DNA of 64,000 nt. Origin: Prorocentrum cordatum. Taxonomy: Eukaryota. The notes under the pieces were generated by a model. It was not told the origin of the DNA. It worked only from the letters and a program-made list of their open reading frames with translations, and searched no databases. The stretch spans positions 1 through 64,000 of the forward strand of contig CAUYUJ010000154.1 in assembly GCA_963575745.1 (NCBI GenBank), given 5' to 3'. Positions 51,303 to 64,000 of the stretch are shown in pieces (the stretch's first letter is position 1; each line of letters starts with the position of its first letter). The position numbers were made by a program, and so were the translations under genes.

Positions 51303-52543
51303 CCGACGCCGACGCCGACGCCTCAAACCACCGCCGACGGCGGCGGCGGCGTTGACGACGGGCCTTCGGCGCCGCCGCCCAGCGTGCCCGCGCCAGCGCC
51401 GCCTGCTGCACCAGGCGGCGGCGCCGCGCCGGCGGCGGGGTGCCCCGAGCCGAGGACGGCGAGGGTGGCCTCGTGGGGGCGCTGCCCTGTGAGGCTTCTG
51501 CTGTAGATCGCCCGAGCTGGAGGCCACCCTGGGCCTTACCAAGGGCCCAGGGCAGCCTTGGGCAGGCCCTGCCCAAGGGCCTTGGGTCGCCTTGGGTAGG
51601 CCCTGCCCAAGGGCCCAGGGAAGGGCCAGTCCCCAGGCCTACCCTGGGCCTACCCTTGGGCCTACCCCTTAAGCCTGCCCTAGGCCCTGCCTGGGCGATC
51701 TGTATGAAGCTTCTGCCTCTGACCTCGAAGCCTGGGGATGCAACTTCACAACGGGCGGCTTCGCCCGGTCAGAATTTAGGTTTGGGCGCCCGAAATGTGC
51801 GTACGGAACGATTCGATACAGTGCCCAACAACAGATGTTGTCCAAAAACGACAGCGGCTGCTGTTGGACAAGCGGCCTTGTGTTTCAAATTGAAAGCGTC
51901 CGCGGCGACACCGGCAACGGGTCGTGCTCAAAATGAAAGGAGATGTTGTCGGTCCTTGACCCCATGCTTTCCGCAATGCCCATCTTGATCGTCCCGAGAC
52001 CCTGGCTCTGCAACTGCTTTACCACGTGCGGCTCCGCCCAGGGTCGGACCCTGGGCCGCTCACACGCCGATCCAGCCCGAAAAATGGCGCAGCTAAAATT
52101 GGGTCGTGATGGTTTGAGGCCGTTCGTCTTTGGGTCATGGCGAGTCTGTTTTGTATGGAGGGGGGAGGGGCGGGCATGGCGAGGCCGACGAGAGGGAATC
52201 TGGAGTTCACGCAGGCAGAGACCCACTTGCACGCCTCTTCGGCCCAGAATTGCTTGAGAAGGCGGCGGGGAGGGGAAAAGGGGAAGGGAATGGAAAATGC
52301 CATGCAGGTGAACTCGCCTGTGCCTGAGTCTGAAGACAAACCCTCATAACCGCCGCCCGGGGGTCGATCTTCGGGCGGTGGATGTGGCTAATGTTCGAGC
52401 CCTCTGGGGCCCAAGTGTACTCCGCCCCCCCATTGGGCCCCAGGAGATCGGTACCCCAGGCGGTTGGTAAGGATGGACTCCCGCTCTCGCCTGACAGGGG
52501 AGGAGAAGAGCTCCAATCGTGATGTGTTGCGATGTCGGTGTTG

Positions 52544-52589
<46 letters not shown>

Positions 52590-53214
52590 CTGTCGGCAGC
52601 CCTAGGCGCAGCGAGGCGGCTGCTAATCCACGCAGGGGTGTGACCCGAGAGCCGGAGTCGCCATAACCAGTCCGACGCGCAAGTCCTGCTCCTCCTCCTC
52701 CTCCTCCTCCTCCTCCTCCTCCTCCTCATTCTCCTCCTCCTCCTCCTCCTGGTATCCCTCCCCGTGTCCCCACAATCTCTGCGTCCTCTTCTGCCTCCTC
52801 CTGCATCCACCGCCTGCATCCCCCTGCCTCCTCCACCCCTCCTACTCCTCCGCTCCCTCATCCTGCTCTTCCTCCTCCTCCTCCTCCTCCTCCTCCTCCC
52901 TCCTCCTCTCCTCCTCTCCTCCTCCTCCTCCTCCTCCTCCTCCTCCTCCTCCTCCTCCTCCTCCCTCCCTCCTCCTCCTCCTCCTCTCCTTCCCCCCCCT
53001 TCCATCCCCCTGCCCCCTCCTCCTCCTCGGTCGTCTGGGGCACCCCCCGGGCCACTGCTGCGGCCCCTGCAGGCCGCCGCCCCAAAGCCTCGCCCCGCTC
53101 CCCCCCCCCCCGCCACGGCCCGCGCGCGCTCCCCCCCTCCCCGAGGCCCGCCCCCCCTTGGTGGTGGGATGCAGGGGCGGGAGCAGCAAGGCGTGAGAGC
53201 TGGGGGAGGAACCG

Positions 53215-53561
53215 ATGTTGTTGTTGTTGTTGGTGTTGTTGTTGTTGTTGCTGTTGTTGTTGTTGTTGCTGTTGTTGGTGTTGTTGTTGGTGTTGTTGTT
53301 GGTGTTGTTGTTGTTGCTGTTGTTGTTGTTGTTGTTGATGTTGGTGTTGCTGTTGTTGTTGTTGGTGGTGTTGTTGTTGTTGGTGTTGCTGTTGTTGTTG
53401 TTGTTGGTGGTGGTGGTGTTGTTGTTGGTGGTGTTGTTGTTGTTGCTGCTGTTGTTGTTGGTGGTGGAGGTGGTGTTGGTGGTGGTGTTGGTGTTGGTGT
53501 TGTTGGTGTTGTTGTTGGTGCTGGTGTTGTTGTTGTTGTTGTTGTTGTTGTTGTCGTTGTT
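53215..53561. repeat. (GTT/GGT)n microsatellite
   Basis: Direct reading. Confidence 0.98.
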
Positions 53562-55164
53562 TTGGGGGGGAGCTCAACGCCCGCACAGCCCTGGTGAACA
53601 CAGCAGCGGCGGCTGGGACAGCGCTGCTGGCAGTGAGGGAGACCTCACAGGCCGATGAGTGCAGTGCACATGAAGGCCGTGGGGGAGGCACCGCAGGAGG
53701 AAGAAGGGAGGAGCAGGAGGGTAAAACGAGGAGGACGAGGCTGAGCCAGGGGACGAGGAGGAGGATGAGGACGAGGTGGGGATGAGGAGGAGGAGGAGGA
53801 GGAGGAGGAGGAGGAGGAGGGTGATGTGGGCGAGGAGGAGGAGGCTGCAAAACGTGGAGGATGAGGAGGGACAACACAGGAAACGGGAAAGAGGTGCATA
53901 AGAGAGGAGTGGGAAGGCAGATCGGGTGGTGCACAGGCTCAGACGGGGGTAAGAGGAGGACGAGGAACAAAACGCCGCTGCCACGATGTGATCTCCTCCA
54001 CCCATCGTCTCGCGCCTGTTTCATGCTCTTGTCTGCAATACTGCCGCAACTCACGCTAGTATTGCCTCGCACTCGTCCTCTTGGGATTGTATCGCGTCCG
54101 TCCCTGCAAGGCCTCGTGCTGCCGAGGGTCGCAACAGCCCCGCCGCTGATGTTTGCGTACTCTTTCTCTGTTTTGCACAAGAGGAGCACGAGAGAGGACT
54201 GGGAAAGGCAGGCCGGGTGGTGAACAAGCCAACGCTCTGTTGCCAAGACGGGGTTGGGACGGAGCCTCCCCCTCCCCTTCCTCTTCCTCCTTCCCCCCTC
54301 CTTCGCCCTCCCTCCACGCTCCTTCCCCCCTTCCTCTTCCTCCTTCCCCCCTCCTTCGCCCTTCCGCCTTCCCCCCTCCTTCGCCCTCCCCTTCCTCTTC
54401 CTCCTTCGCCCGCCTCACCGCGTAGGATCACTTGCAAGCGTCCTGATCATCTGCTATCGTTCCAGCAGGTCCTCAGGTCCTTCAGAGTCCTTTGCGCTCA
54501 GGGCTGCAGTGCTCTGCAAGTGGTCCATGGCCCCGAGTCCCAGGCGCGCCTGCGGCCTGGCGCGCGCCCTCGCCAGAGGTTTTTTTTTTTTTTTTTTTTC
54601 GAGGCGCAAGGGGGACCCACAACGGGGCGGGAGGTCGCCAGGACGCGCCCAGGACGGAACCAAGAGGGCCCCGAGTCGCCCGAAGATCGCTCCGAGACGC
54701 CCACGATTCCCAGGAGGCTCTTGGTTTGGAAGGATTCTGCCGTTCCCGTCTTTTCGGGCTTCGAGCGCTCCAAAGCGGCCCAAGAAGCCTCCCAAATCGC
54801 CCGGAGTGGCTGCCACGGGGGTCCCAAGACGCCCAAGAGGCCCCCGAGACGGCCCAAGATGGCCTCAAGAGGGGGAACTCGAAGTTACACCTCGAGCCTG
54901 CCGCCGCAAGATGACCCCCGCTGTCTAGCAGTGAGATACCCCCTGGCGGCTCCCCACTGGAGCGCGCAGGTGGTACGTCTGCTACGCTACATCGGGATCA
55001 TCATGCGGCGATGAAAAGACCAGCCGGTGCAGCCCAAACCAGCGTTTCGCTGGACTTGTCCCCACCATCTCGCAGCGCGAACGGGCCCCCCTTTGGGTAC
55101 TCGACTGGTATGCCTGCCACACTGCGGTGATCATGGGGCTCCTGAATCTGAAGAAGACTGGGCG

Positions 55165-55580
55165 TGGGTGGGTCCGAGTACGAGAGGCTGAGTGCGAGTG
55201 AGTGGGTAAGTTCGAGAATGAGTGAGTCTGAGCATGAGTGGGTCCGAGTGTCAGCGAGTTTGGGCATTACTAAGCTGAGTATGAGCGTTCATGAGTTCAT
55301 GAGTGTGAGTGGTCTGTGTGTGAGTGAGTCTGAGTGTGAGCGAGTATGAGTGTGAGTGAGTCTGAGTGTGGATCAGTCTGAGCGTGAGTCTGATTATGAG
55401 GGAGTCTCCTGGGTATGAGTGAGTCAGCTGGGTTTGAGTGAGTCTGCTGGGTATGAGTGGGTCTGAATATGAGAGTGAGTAAGCCTGAGCATGAGTGTGA
55501 GTGAGTCTGAGTGTGAGCGTGAGTGGGTCTGAGTAGGAATCGGTCTGTGTAGGATCGAATCTGCGCATGAGTGAGTCTGG
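55165..55580. repeat. Degenerate (TGAG/TGAGTC)n repeat
   Basis: Direct reading. Confidence 0.9.
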
Positions 55581-55754
55581 GAGCAGAACGCTGGAAGGTT
55601 CGAGGTGGAGGCGTCCTGGGATGTGGTGAAAAATGCACGCCTTCCACGATGGCTGCTGAGATCTGTGCGAACAATCGGCGGCAGGCCCGGGGGGAAAGTG
55701 AGAAGGGCCCGGCCTTCCCAGAAAGCTCGGAAGTCCCCTGGCCTTCGGAGAAGA

Positions 55755-56330
55755 ACTTCAAGCCCTCCCCGAATACATCGAGAAAACCTCTCGAAGGGCG
55801 CGAGGGTTTCGGAGAAGCCCCGCCGCCTTCTGAGAAGGTCTTCTCCTGTGGATGCCATGACCATGGACACTCTAACAATCCGACCATTGATGTAAAGATG
55901 AGCTTAAGATGTGTAAAACCATTTCTAAGAATGTTTCAAACGTGTTTTTTACCTATCTAAAAACATGTATTAAACATCCTTTAGATATCTGAAAATTATT
56001 TGGCAGCATGCTTCCCCTCCATTAAATCGACTTCCACAAGAACAATTTCAAGCCCTCCCCGAATACGGAGAACACCTCTCGGAAGGCGCGATGGTTTCTC
56101 AGAAGTCCCGCCACCTTCTGAGGAGGCCTGCTCCTGCGACTGCCATAACAATGGACTCTCTTAACAATCCTATCAGTGAATTAAAGATGTGTTTAAAATG
56201 TGCAAATCATGTTCTAAACAAATTTCAAACATGCTTCTAACATATCTAAAACATGTTTGAAACATCTTCTAGACACCTGGACAATATTTGGCAGCATGCG
56301 TCCTCTCCATTACTCGATTTCCACTAGCCC
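55755..56330. repeat. ~290-bp tandem duplication (family D-related part plus AT-rich segment also found at 23667-23836)
   Basis: ttcaagccctccccgaatac occurs at 55757 and 56047. The segment gccat.ac.atggac.c..taacaatcc...tggcagcatgc recurs. Confidence 0.85.
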
Positions 56331-58759
56331 TTTCCTTCTCACCCCGCCCCCCCAGCTCGCCGCCGGAAAACAACGAGGCACACAACGTTCCGTCGTTGAC
56401 GGCAGAGGGCAGCACCGGAGGCAGGCGCCGCCTCGATGCCGTAGTGGTCGGACAGCTGCGTCACGGGCGCCCCCACGTCCTGGCCCGCGGCGCAGCCCCG
56501 ACGCACGCCATACAGCGAGCCCGGCCATCGCTCGGACGGCCATTCCCTGTGCTCTTTTCGGTGGTCGTGCGTGGTCTGTCCGCCAGATCATCCAGGATGC
56601 TCCTCGGTGGACCTCGCCGAGGAAAAAACATATGCCCACGTCCGAGCGGTGCCGAGCACAGCGAGCGCGAGCGGCGCTGGAGCGCCTGCCTGCCAGCGCG
56701 TCGCGCCTGGCGAGCAGCGGCTGGCCGCGCGCCCCCGTGTGCGCGGCTGCCCCGGAGAGCGAAGCACACCGCATCCGGCGGAGCGCGATCGCGGCACTGC
56801 GGGTGGCCTGGGCCCCCGGCCCCCGCGCCCGAGGTGGGCATAGGGACACGACAGGGGGCGCGGCGGGCGGCCCTCTGCCTCGCAGGGGGCCAGCTCCGCG
56901 GCGGCGTCTGGCAGCGAACTGGTGTGCAGCACGAGCAGAAGCCCTGCTTGTCAGTGTTCGCACCCACTCTGACTGCCTGCAAGACCACGCCAGCCCAACC
57001 CGAAGACCCGCATTTCGGGTTGCGGGGGGTACGGGTTCCGCATGCTCTTTCGATGTTCCCCGAGCCCCCACAACTGGGAAGGGCGGGCAACTTGGGGCAT
57101 TCGGGTTGGGCTGGGATGTGTCTGGTGGGTGGTGACACTCTGTCCGTTTCGATTTCGACCGTGCCGATGCGGGAGCAGACGAGGCAGAGCCACGCGCGCG
57201 CGGTCAGGGTCCTTCGTCCTGTCGACCAGGAACTTCTCGACCTCGGACAGGCCGCGGATGGGGGGGGGTGACGCCCGGTTGGAGGCGCGGCTGCAAACAC
57301 CCTCCCTCCTCCAGGAGAGTCACACGGCATAATTGCAAGGGGATGGCGGCAACGAGCTCGCTGAAGGCATTCTGTTGGATAAGGACGAAGATTGCACACT
57401 GAAGGCATAAACGAAGTCGCTGAAAGTAGACACAAAAAAGCAAATATTGCTCCACTGACGGCAACGTGGCTGTCTCCAGGGCAGGCAAAAATGCTTTGCT
57501 CACCGAAAGCAAATTGCTCATTGAAGGCGATTTCTTGACTGAGAGAAGACTTGTAGCGAAAACGAAAAACCGTTTCAAGAAGGGCAAGGCGTCCAAAATG
57601 GGCAATGCAAACAATGGGAGGGCTGCCGGAAATGAGTACGGGTATGGGGGTAGGAACCCACAACAAGGAACCAGACCCCTTTCTCCATCAATTATACTTC
57701 GATTTCCCATAGAAACCCTTTGGAAGACCAAAGACGAACTGTTAAACATTGAAGGAACACCGAACCCCTCCCCAAAGAAAAAGGTTCCCTCTTCAACGGC
57801 CCGACTGTACGGCAAGTTGATGTCGAGCCGACTTCGGCGCTGGTTTCAGACACCGCGGGGATCGTTCAACCTTGAACGATCGGCCATCTCCGAATCTTCA
57901 GATCGATCAACATCGAACGAATCTGGGTTGCCAAAAGCGTCCAACCTTGTCGTTGAATGCCGGCAGCGAAGTCGCCGCTCTTCGACACGACGCCAACCCA
58001 CCGTAGAGTTCGGAGGCCTCTTGGGCCGTTTTGGGGCGATCTTGGGGGCCTCTTGGGCCGTCTTGGAGCGTCGGACAGCCGAACAGGCAAGAACACCAAA
58101 TCCCTTCAACCACATATGGGTAATCAATAGTTGTTTCCCTCTTGGGGCCCTCTTGGGAGGCCACTTGGAGGCCTCTTGGGGCGTCTTGAGGGACTCTTGG
58201 GCACTCCTCCTCTGGGAGGCGAAATAAGAACATGAGCACGATGGGCTAGGACGGCGAGGAGGGGCAGAAAAAGCGTTGCCCACGGAATCCCGAGATTGCA
58301 ACACCAAACCACCATTGTCCTTGGCAGCCTTCTGGGGACGTGATTGTCGTCGCCAGTGTGAGGAGGAGAAGATAGAGGAAGAGGCGCAGATGATGAACAG
58401 AGCGAGACGGAAGGCGGAAACAAACGATGAAGATGAGAATGAGGATACCAGAACCCCGTGGTATCCTACCTCGGGACCTCCACATACTGATGAAAGCAGC
58501 GAGAAACAGGAGCAAGCATCAGGAATCAACGACAAAAATGAGGCGTCATAGAACAAGCGTAAGGAACAGAGGAAGACAGCAGGAACATGAAAGAATGAAG
58601 CGAAGCAGGGAAGTTGGAACATTGCCCCCGGAGATTAGATATTCCTATGCTGGACCGTATCCGACCAGAAGAACACAGCGGGAAACATAGAGCAACACGA
58701 GGGAACGTAGAGGTGCAAACATAAGGTAGCAACGGGAAGCGGACTCTACCATACAAATG

Positions 58760-58793
<34 letters not shown>

Positions 58794-59685
58794 CATACAT
58801 ATATACATACATATACATGCATATATATACACACCCACAAGGCCACATAACAGAGCACAACATGGGAACGTATAGAAGCATACTCAACCAACACGAAATG
58901 AACGGAAATAATATGGAACCATGATGTAGCATAACGAAATACTATGGCATCTAAACACATTCGACGAAACATGCCAAAACAACATAACCATCAAGACGTA
59001 TAAGGAACCACCATGGAACATCAAGACGCCCTCTATCGGATGGCAGAAAATCAGATGAACGCGGCGAAGGCGAACCATGCCCCGTCCCGAAACCATCTGG
59101 CGATGCCATCAGCAAGCTGCGCGATTCCGAGAGGAGACAGCACCTCGCCGGCCTTCGCACGGCACCGTTGCAGCCGCCGCCTTGGCATGCGCCTCGGCAA
59201 GCGAAACGCGCCCCGCGCCCACATGGGAGCGCCCCTTCCAGGCGAAAATGCGTGCCGTCGCGCGGACGTCCATTTCCCGTGCATGGTTGTCGGTGTCGCG
59301 CGTGTTCTTTTGTGTTTGCTCGACGGTCCAGGATGGTCCTCGATGGTTCTCGCCGGGAAAAAATGCACACGCCCGAGCGATGCCAAGAGAAGGGGCAAAC
59401 GGAGCTCGGACGACGCGCGCGCGGGCGCGCCCGCGGCCCCGCCGCCAGGAGCGACCCGGCCGGCGAGCGAACAGAGAAACGCCCTGCGCCGCGCCAGGGC
59501 GGGAGCAGCCTTTTATAGGGGGCAAACAAACCTACCTCGCTTTTGACCACCCTCGCTTCCAAGAGATACCAAGCGATGCCAAACTACGGCATGTACTGGT
59601 CAGGCCGCTTGCCGAGGAGGCGTGTGGTATGACTTGGTTTTGCCTGGAAGCGAAAGCGGGGTAGGTAATTCACGCTCTGATTTTA

Positions 59686-59853
59686 TCGGGTGTTGCTAGA
59701 AATGCCCCTGGCCCAAGGTGCCCCCCGCTTTTCGCTCCCTTACAAAGCCCCTGGGGTCCTCTGGGCCTCGTGAGGGGTGCCCTGGAGGCCGCCCGGGCCA
59801 CCCCGAGAATCCTGGGGGTACCTTGGGCCAGGGGTACTTCTAGCAACACCCGA
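59686..59853. mobile_element. TCGGG-ended MITE (~40-bp TIR; flanks TTTTA/CTTTA)
   Basis: tcgggtgttgctagaaatgcccctggcccaaggt / accttgggccaggggtacttctagcaacacccga. Confidence 0.88.
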
Positions 59854-59874
59854 CTTTACACAAGCAGCAAAATA

Positions 59875-60050
59875 CAGTCGGGGCGTTGACCTAAGGAGCC
59901 CTACATGAGGAACGAGGCCCCCTCGTCTCATAGATTAAATTTCGATTCCCCATGAGAGACCTCAGGGAAGCCCAGGGCAAACCGTGAGGCAATCGAGGGA
60001 CACCGAGCCCCTCCCCAACGGAAAGGGTTCCTTCTTCAACGCCCCGACTG
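59875..60050. mobile_element. Tc1/mariner-like MITE family T (CAGTCGG ends); partial copy ~57650-57807; similar ends at ~17176-17360
   Basis: TA|cagtcggggcgttga...tcaacgccccgactg. The interior aligns with 57652-57807. Confidence 0.8.
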
Positions 60051-61964
60051 TGTGCGCGCGGCGCCAGAGCGACAGCGACGTTTCCGTAGGCTCGCGCGCG
60101 ACCCCGCTGCCAACGGGTAGGGGACTGACAGAGGCGCGCCTCTTCCAAGCGCGGAGTTCAACTCTAGGGCAAAAGCGAGCGCTTCGAGGGGGTGACAAAA
60201 AGAGACATTTCGCTCTTCGCGAGGGATGCGCGCCCCGTTCCCCTGCCGAAGCGCCTGTTGCAATGCCGACCAACAAAAAGTCATTGTAGAAATGGCAAGC
60301 GTCGGCTTTGTATTGCATTCGGTGGGTTAGATGGAAGGTCCCCGAGGGGGTGTCATTGGCTGGCAAGGCGGCAACGTGGGAGTGCATATATCTATATATG
60401 AATATGCCGGTGTTTCTCTGTACTTCACTTTTTGTCCTACTCTACTCGGTGTATATGTTTCCGTATGGTTGTCGTTGGTTCCATATGTTTGCCTCTGTTT
60501 CCCTCTGTATGGAGAGGCTCCGAGGTAGGAAACCCAACCAACGGAGATTCGTGTTCTTACCTCCCTCTGTCTGTATGCTTCTCTATGATAGTCGCTGCTT
60601 GTAGGTTGCCTTCTCTTTGTATAGGTATCCGAATGTTTGTCGTTTCCTAATGTTAGTTTCCATATCCCGCCGTATGGGGAGGTTTCGAGGCAGGAAGCCC
60701 TAAACTCTGAAGGTTAGTACTCAAACCTCTCTCATACTATATGTCTCGTCATGTGTCTCGTTATGTCCTCTGGATTGTCTCTTTTCAAAACGAATATAAT
60801 GTGCTCCTTCTGTGTGTCGATGCTTCCCTCTGCATGGCGAGGTCCTGAGATCGGGAGCTCTACCATCTGGAGGTTCGTGTTTCAACCTCCTTCACTCTCT
60901 CTCTGCTTCTCGTTGTTCCATCATGCCCCATGTTCTCTTTGTTTCTCGTTGTTTCCCTATGTTTCCAGATGTTTCTCTTTGTTATATGCATTGCGATGTC
61001 AAAAAAAAAACCCTAACCATTTTCTCGTCGTGTCCTCATGTTCGCCTCTGTTTCACCATCTGTTTCTGTGTTCCCTCCTGTTCGTCTCTGTTTCCATCTG
61101 TATTGGGGGGTGCCGAGGTATGGAACCTTAACCTCCGGAGGACAGTGTTCAAACCTCCCTCTTTCTCTCTGTGTCTCGTTATCTCCTTCTGCTTCCTTGT
61201 GTTCGTGTATGTTTCTCGCTATGTCTCTATGATGTTACTTGTTTTGTGTGTTTGGACATTCCGAAATAGGAACCAACCTAACTTCCAGAGGTTAGTGTTC
61301 CAACCTCCTGATTCAAGGGGGGGGGCGGGAACGAGTGATCGGCGGCGAGCGAGGAGGGGAAGTGAGAGGTAGAAGGCCCTCTCAGAAGGCGGCGGGACTT
61401 CTCAGAAGTCCTCGCGCCTTCTGAAGGGTTTTCTGTGTCGTGAGAAGGAGATGGGGCTTCCGCCCGCCCCATGAAGATTAAAGTACATGTGAAAACACTC
61501 GACCATTGACATATGCAACAAACATCTGCGCTTGAAATAGATTCTGGTCAGAAATATGAAACAAACATCTACGTTCAACGACCGGCGTGCACGGGTGGGG
61601 GTGGACTAGACGGGTTGCTCATGAGGACATTCTGCAGGCCTAGCGCGGCAACACAAGCCCCATGTACGTCGGATCTAGATTGGATGTAGGCCCGACTCAC
61701 GTCGGATGTACGTCGGACTGACGTCGGACCATCGCCGCGCAAACGTTGTCCCATAGTTATCTGCGGGCTGGACGTGTGGACGAGAGGACGCAGCTGTTGA
61801 GTGCCGCGCGATGCCTCCCGAATGTTCCTCACGAGTGCTAGGGCGCAGGCACTTCCACCGCACTCGCCGAGGCGACGACGTGCCGCGCCCTCATACGCTC
61901 AGTGCGGACGCGCTGGGCCGTTCAGGATGCACAGCACCTAATTGCACACATACACATACACATA

Positions 61965-62129
61965 CACCCTGCGAAATGCTTAAGAAATCATGGGTTAAGA
62001 AATTCATAGTCTCAGAACTTGAATTAAAACCCAACGTTTCCATTAAAACCTTAGGATTTACATTGAAACATTAAGAATAATCGAGACTCTGGTCGAGACC
62101 TTAAGTTTTCTTAAGCATCGCCTAAGGTG
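61965..62129. mobile_element. MITE family H copy 3, inserted in a CA/TA microsatellite
   Basis: Same 165-bp element with TA flanks. Confidence 0.92.
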
Positions 62130-64000
62130 TACACACACATACACACACACGCACATACACAAATACGTTCGTGCGCCGTGGAAGGTGCGAGTGCCCCGAT
62201 GGGGGGGGGGGGGGCAAGCGCCATGATTCAGAAAGCCACGCAGACAGGAGAGGGCGAGCGGGCGGGGGCCATGGCGAGGATGGAGGATGAGGAGGGCGAG
62301 TATGACAAGGCATAGCCTCTGACAGCGAGTGTGGGTAGGAAGCGGGAGGGGAGTAGCGATGGCGGTGAGGGGAGGAATAAGACCGAGAAGGAGGAGGAGG
62401 GGGCACTGGGAATTGGAAGGTGTTGGGAACTGCGACCAACTCACGTGCACGCAAAGGCTCCCGACGGCATGCTTGTTGTTCTCGTTACGTGCAACCCTGG
62501 AGGTCTCGGCACCCTGCCCAACTGTTTCTGCTGACGGCTCCATTGTCCTGACAAGGGCCCAAGATGCCGAAGATCGCCAGCAACCTCCGCTTGCGCTTTT
62601 TTTGTTGTTCACGGCACCAGGTGGCCTGGGTCACCTGCGTTGTCAACTGGGACGGATACCACCATCGCCTACCTAGAGGGCTCCCTAGTGGGGTCCGAGT
62701 AGATGGGGTCGGGGGATCGAGCCGCATCGTCGAGGTATCGCCAGTGCATCGGCAACGTCAGGGTTGAGAATATCGGGCTCCGAGTCGAGCCGTATCTCCA
62801 ACGCATCGGCGATGCGGCGCGAACCTCGGACCCAGATGTTCTCGGACCCCAACTGGGCGGCCTCCGCAAATACACGACGCCGCATATTCTTGAAATGGGC
62901 CCGCAGAAAACTGGACCCCTTTCCCTGGTACCGGTTATTCATTTCGGGGCGACCAAGAGGGGGACGTCCAAGAGGGGGAGGTGCAAATCATGTCCGGCGG
63001 CATGGGCGCGTCCCAGGGGGGGGGCGGGGGACGTATTGAAATGAGAAGGGGCGCCATGAAATCTAGGGAGTTATCATGGCCCCCGCCATGATATCCCCCC
63101 CGCTAGCAATCACCCCCCTCGGCCGCCCCTGCTCATCCTAAAAATTGCGTGACGATCCCCAGGGCCAGTGAGGACCCCCCCGAAGCTGGAAAAACAGCGA
63201 GAAACCTCCCGCCACGATTGCTGGGAGCCCCCCCCTTGGGAGGCCTGCACCCGTGGCTCTGGCCAGCCTCGGCGGCGGGTGGGGAGGTCCGCGGTGGCAG
63301 GCGCGCGCGCGCGGAGCGCGCAAGGGCCTGGCACGTGGCGGGCACCATCGGCTCGGAGGCCGCCTGTGCGCTGCGCGCGCCCGCGCGAAGCCCGCATCCT
63401 CGTGGTCGTTGCCGTGGTCACGCGGTCGCCACGGCCGTGGTCGCCGCCGTTGTCCCGATCCTTCTTGGAGGTCGGTCGGCGCAAGGAGCATCTCGGCTAC
63501 AACGCAGGTGGGAAAGGTCTTCAGACTCAGAGCAAAGATTCATTCGCGCGACAGGTGGCCTCGCCATTTTTCTCCAGACAGCCCGGACAGGCCAGGGTAG
63601 GTCGTTAGCTCCCCTTTCTCAAAGCGCTGTCGACCGCCAGGTCCCGCTGAATACCGCCTCGTTCTTCCCCTTTGCCCCCCCCAACCCCCTTCTCTCCCTC
63701 CCCCTCTCGCACCCCTACACCTCGCATCCGTTCCTCCCCGTATTTCACCCCCTCCTTTCCATACCTCCGATGTCGTGATTGTTGCTGACAACGCGAAGCC
63801 CTACCTTGCCGTCGCTCGGACGCCCATTTCCCGTACATTTGTCGGTTTCGTGCATGTTTGTTGTGCTCGATGGTCCAGGATGGTCCTCGATGGTTCTCGC
63901 CGAGAAAAAATGCACATGTCCGAGCGATGCCAAGCTTCAGGCCTGGACCCCTTCCCGTGGCTCTCATTCCGAGCCGCTTGGTCGACGGCCCCGAGGCACG

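Noticed and set aside
57466..58227. 253-aa ORF
   Set aside because: It is mostly composed of MITE T, MITE K and a degenerate 11-mer repeat, with no recognisable domain.
1..64000. Intact transposase, Fanzor/TnpB, RT, rRNA or tRNA genes
   Set aside because: No catalytic motifs or RNA gene signatures were recognised by eye in any frame.

Overview
This window is GC-rich, repeat-saturated eukaryotic DNA, most likely from a dinoflagellate nucleus: a 19/22 match to the dinoflagellate spliced leader (DinoSL) lies at 20215-20236 on the minus strand. I found no prokaryotic genes, rRNA, tRNA or CRISPR array. Most long ORFs in the track are translations of microsatellites or GC-rich repeats. One convincing gene is present, an intronless ankyrin-repeat protein with a possible F-box (19436-20119, minus) directly behind the SL relic, which points to a retrogene. 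A frameshifted, probably DIRS-like retroelement relic spans about 44.3-48.8 kb. The rest is a nested mosaic of more than 15 families of short non-autonomous elements. These include TA-flanked Tc1/mariner-like MITEs, TCGG-ended MITEs with 5-bp target-site duplications (TSDs), MITEs with 8-bp TSDs and MITEs with TGA or TTAA-like flanks. Two copies of a Helentron-like element carry an 89-bp satellite, and there are many mini- and microsatellites. The main unusual observations are (i) MITEs of four different families flanked by 22-53 bp direct duplications instead of short TSDs, (ii) the satellite-carrying hairpin-ended element with co-varying termini, and (iii) a head-to-tail array of five 113-bp palindromes. 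Family letters are my own labels. All alignments were done by eye, so boundaries may be off by a few bases.
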